A stretch of 64,000 nt of DNA from Macrostomum lignano (taxonomy: Eukaryota): positions 124,001 to 188,000 of the forward strand of contig NIVC01000800.1 in the NCBI GenBank assembly GCA_002269645.1. Reading direction: 5' to 3'. The notes below the pieces were generated by a model. The model was not told the origin of the DNA. It did no database searches and was given only the letters and a program-made list of their open reading frames with translations. Positions 63,995 to 64,000 of the stretch are shown one piece after another; the first letter of the stretch is position 1, and every line of letters begins with the position of its first letter. The translations under genes were made by a program, and so were the position numbers.

Positions 63995-64000
63995 TTAAAG

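Overview
Eukaryotic (metazoan) genomic DNA, extremely rich in micro- and minisatellites, with GC-rich exons between them. The overall style suggests a free-living flatworm such as Macrostomum, but that is inference only. 1-17.3 kb: a near-identical tandem amplification (units 7474 and 6749 bp) of the 3' ends of two tail-to-tail genes. One is SDHA (minus strand; full 4-exon copy at 15204-19681, orphan exon 3-4 copies at 981-1902 and 8455-9377). The other is an unidentified plus-strand gene whose apparent 145-bp satellite is in fact an array of 63-nt exon + 82-nt intron units, encoding an in-frame 21-aa repeat (18 copies versus 13); this is the top finding. Also present: a young full-length Copia LTR retrotransposon (identical LTRs, 5-bp TSD, one homopolymer frameshift) inserted just upstream of an intronless peptide-type GPCR, two tRNA-derived SINE families, LINE and mariner relics, and a 5.2-kb CT satellite with a 1717-bp higher-order repeat lying between inverted (AACT)n arrays. 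The right-hand 14 kb holds two frameshifted secreted PAN/F-type-lectin genes, an orphan ATP synthase OSCP first exon, a divergent intronless mago nashi, an intronless ricin-B lectin + DUF3472-like fusion (possible HGT) and a terminal exon of an unknown gene. All assignments come from reading the sequence and recalling motifs; no searches were run.
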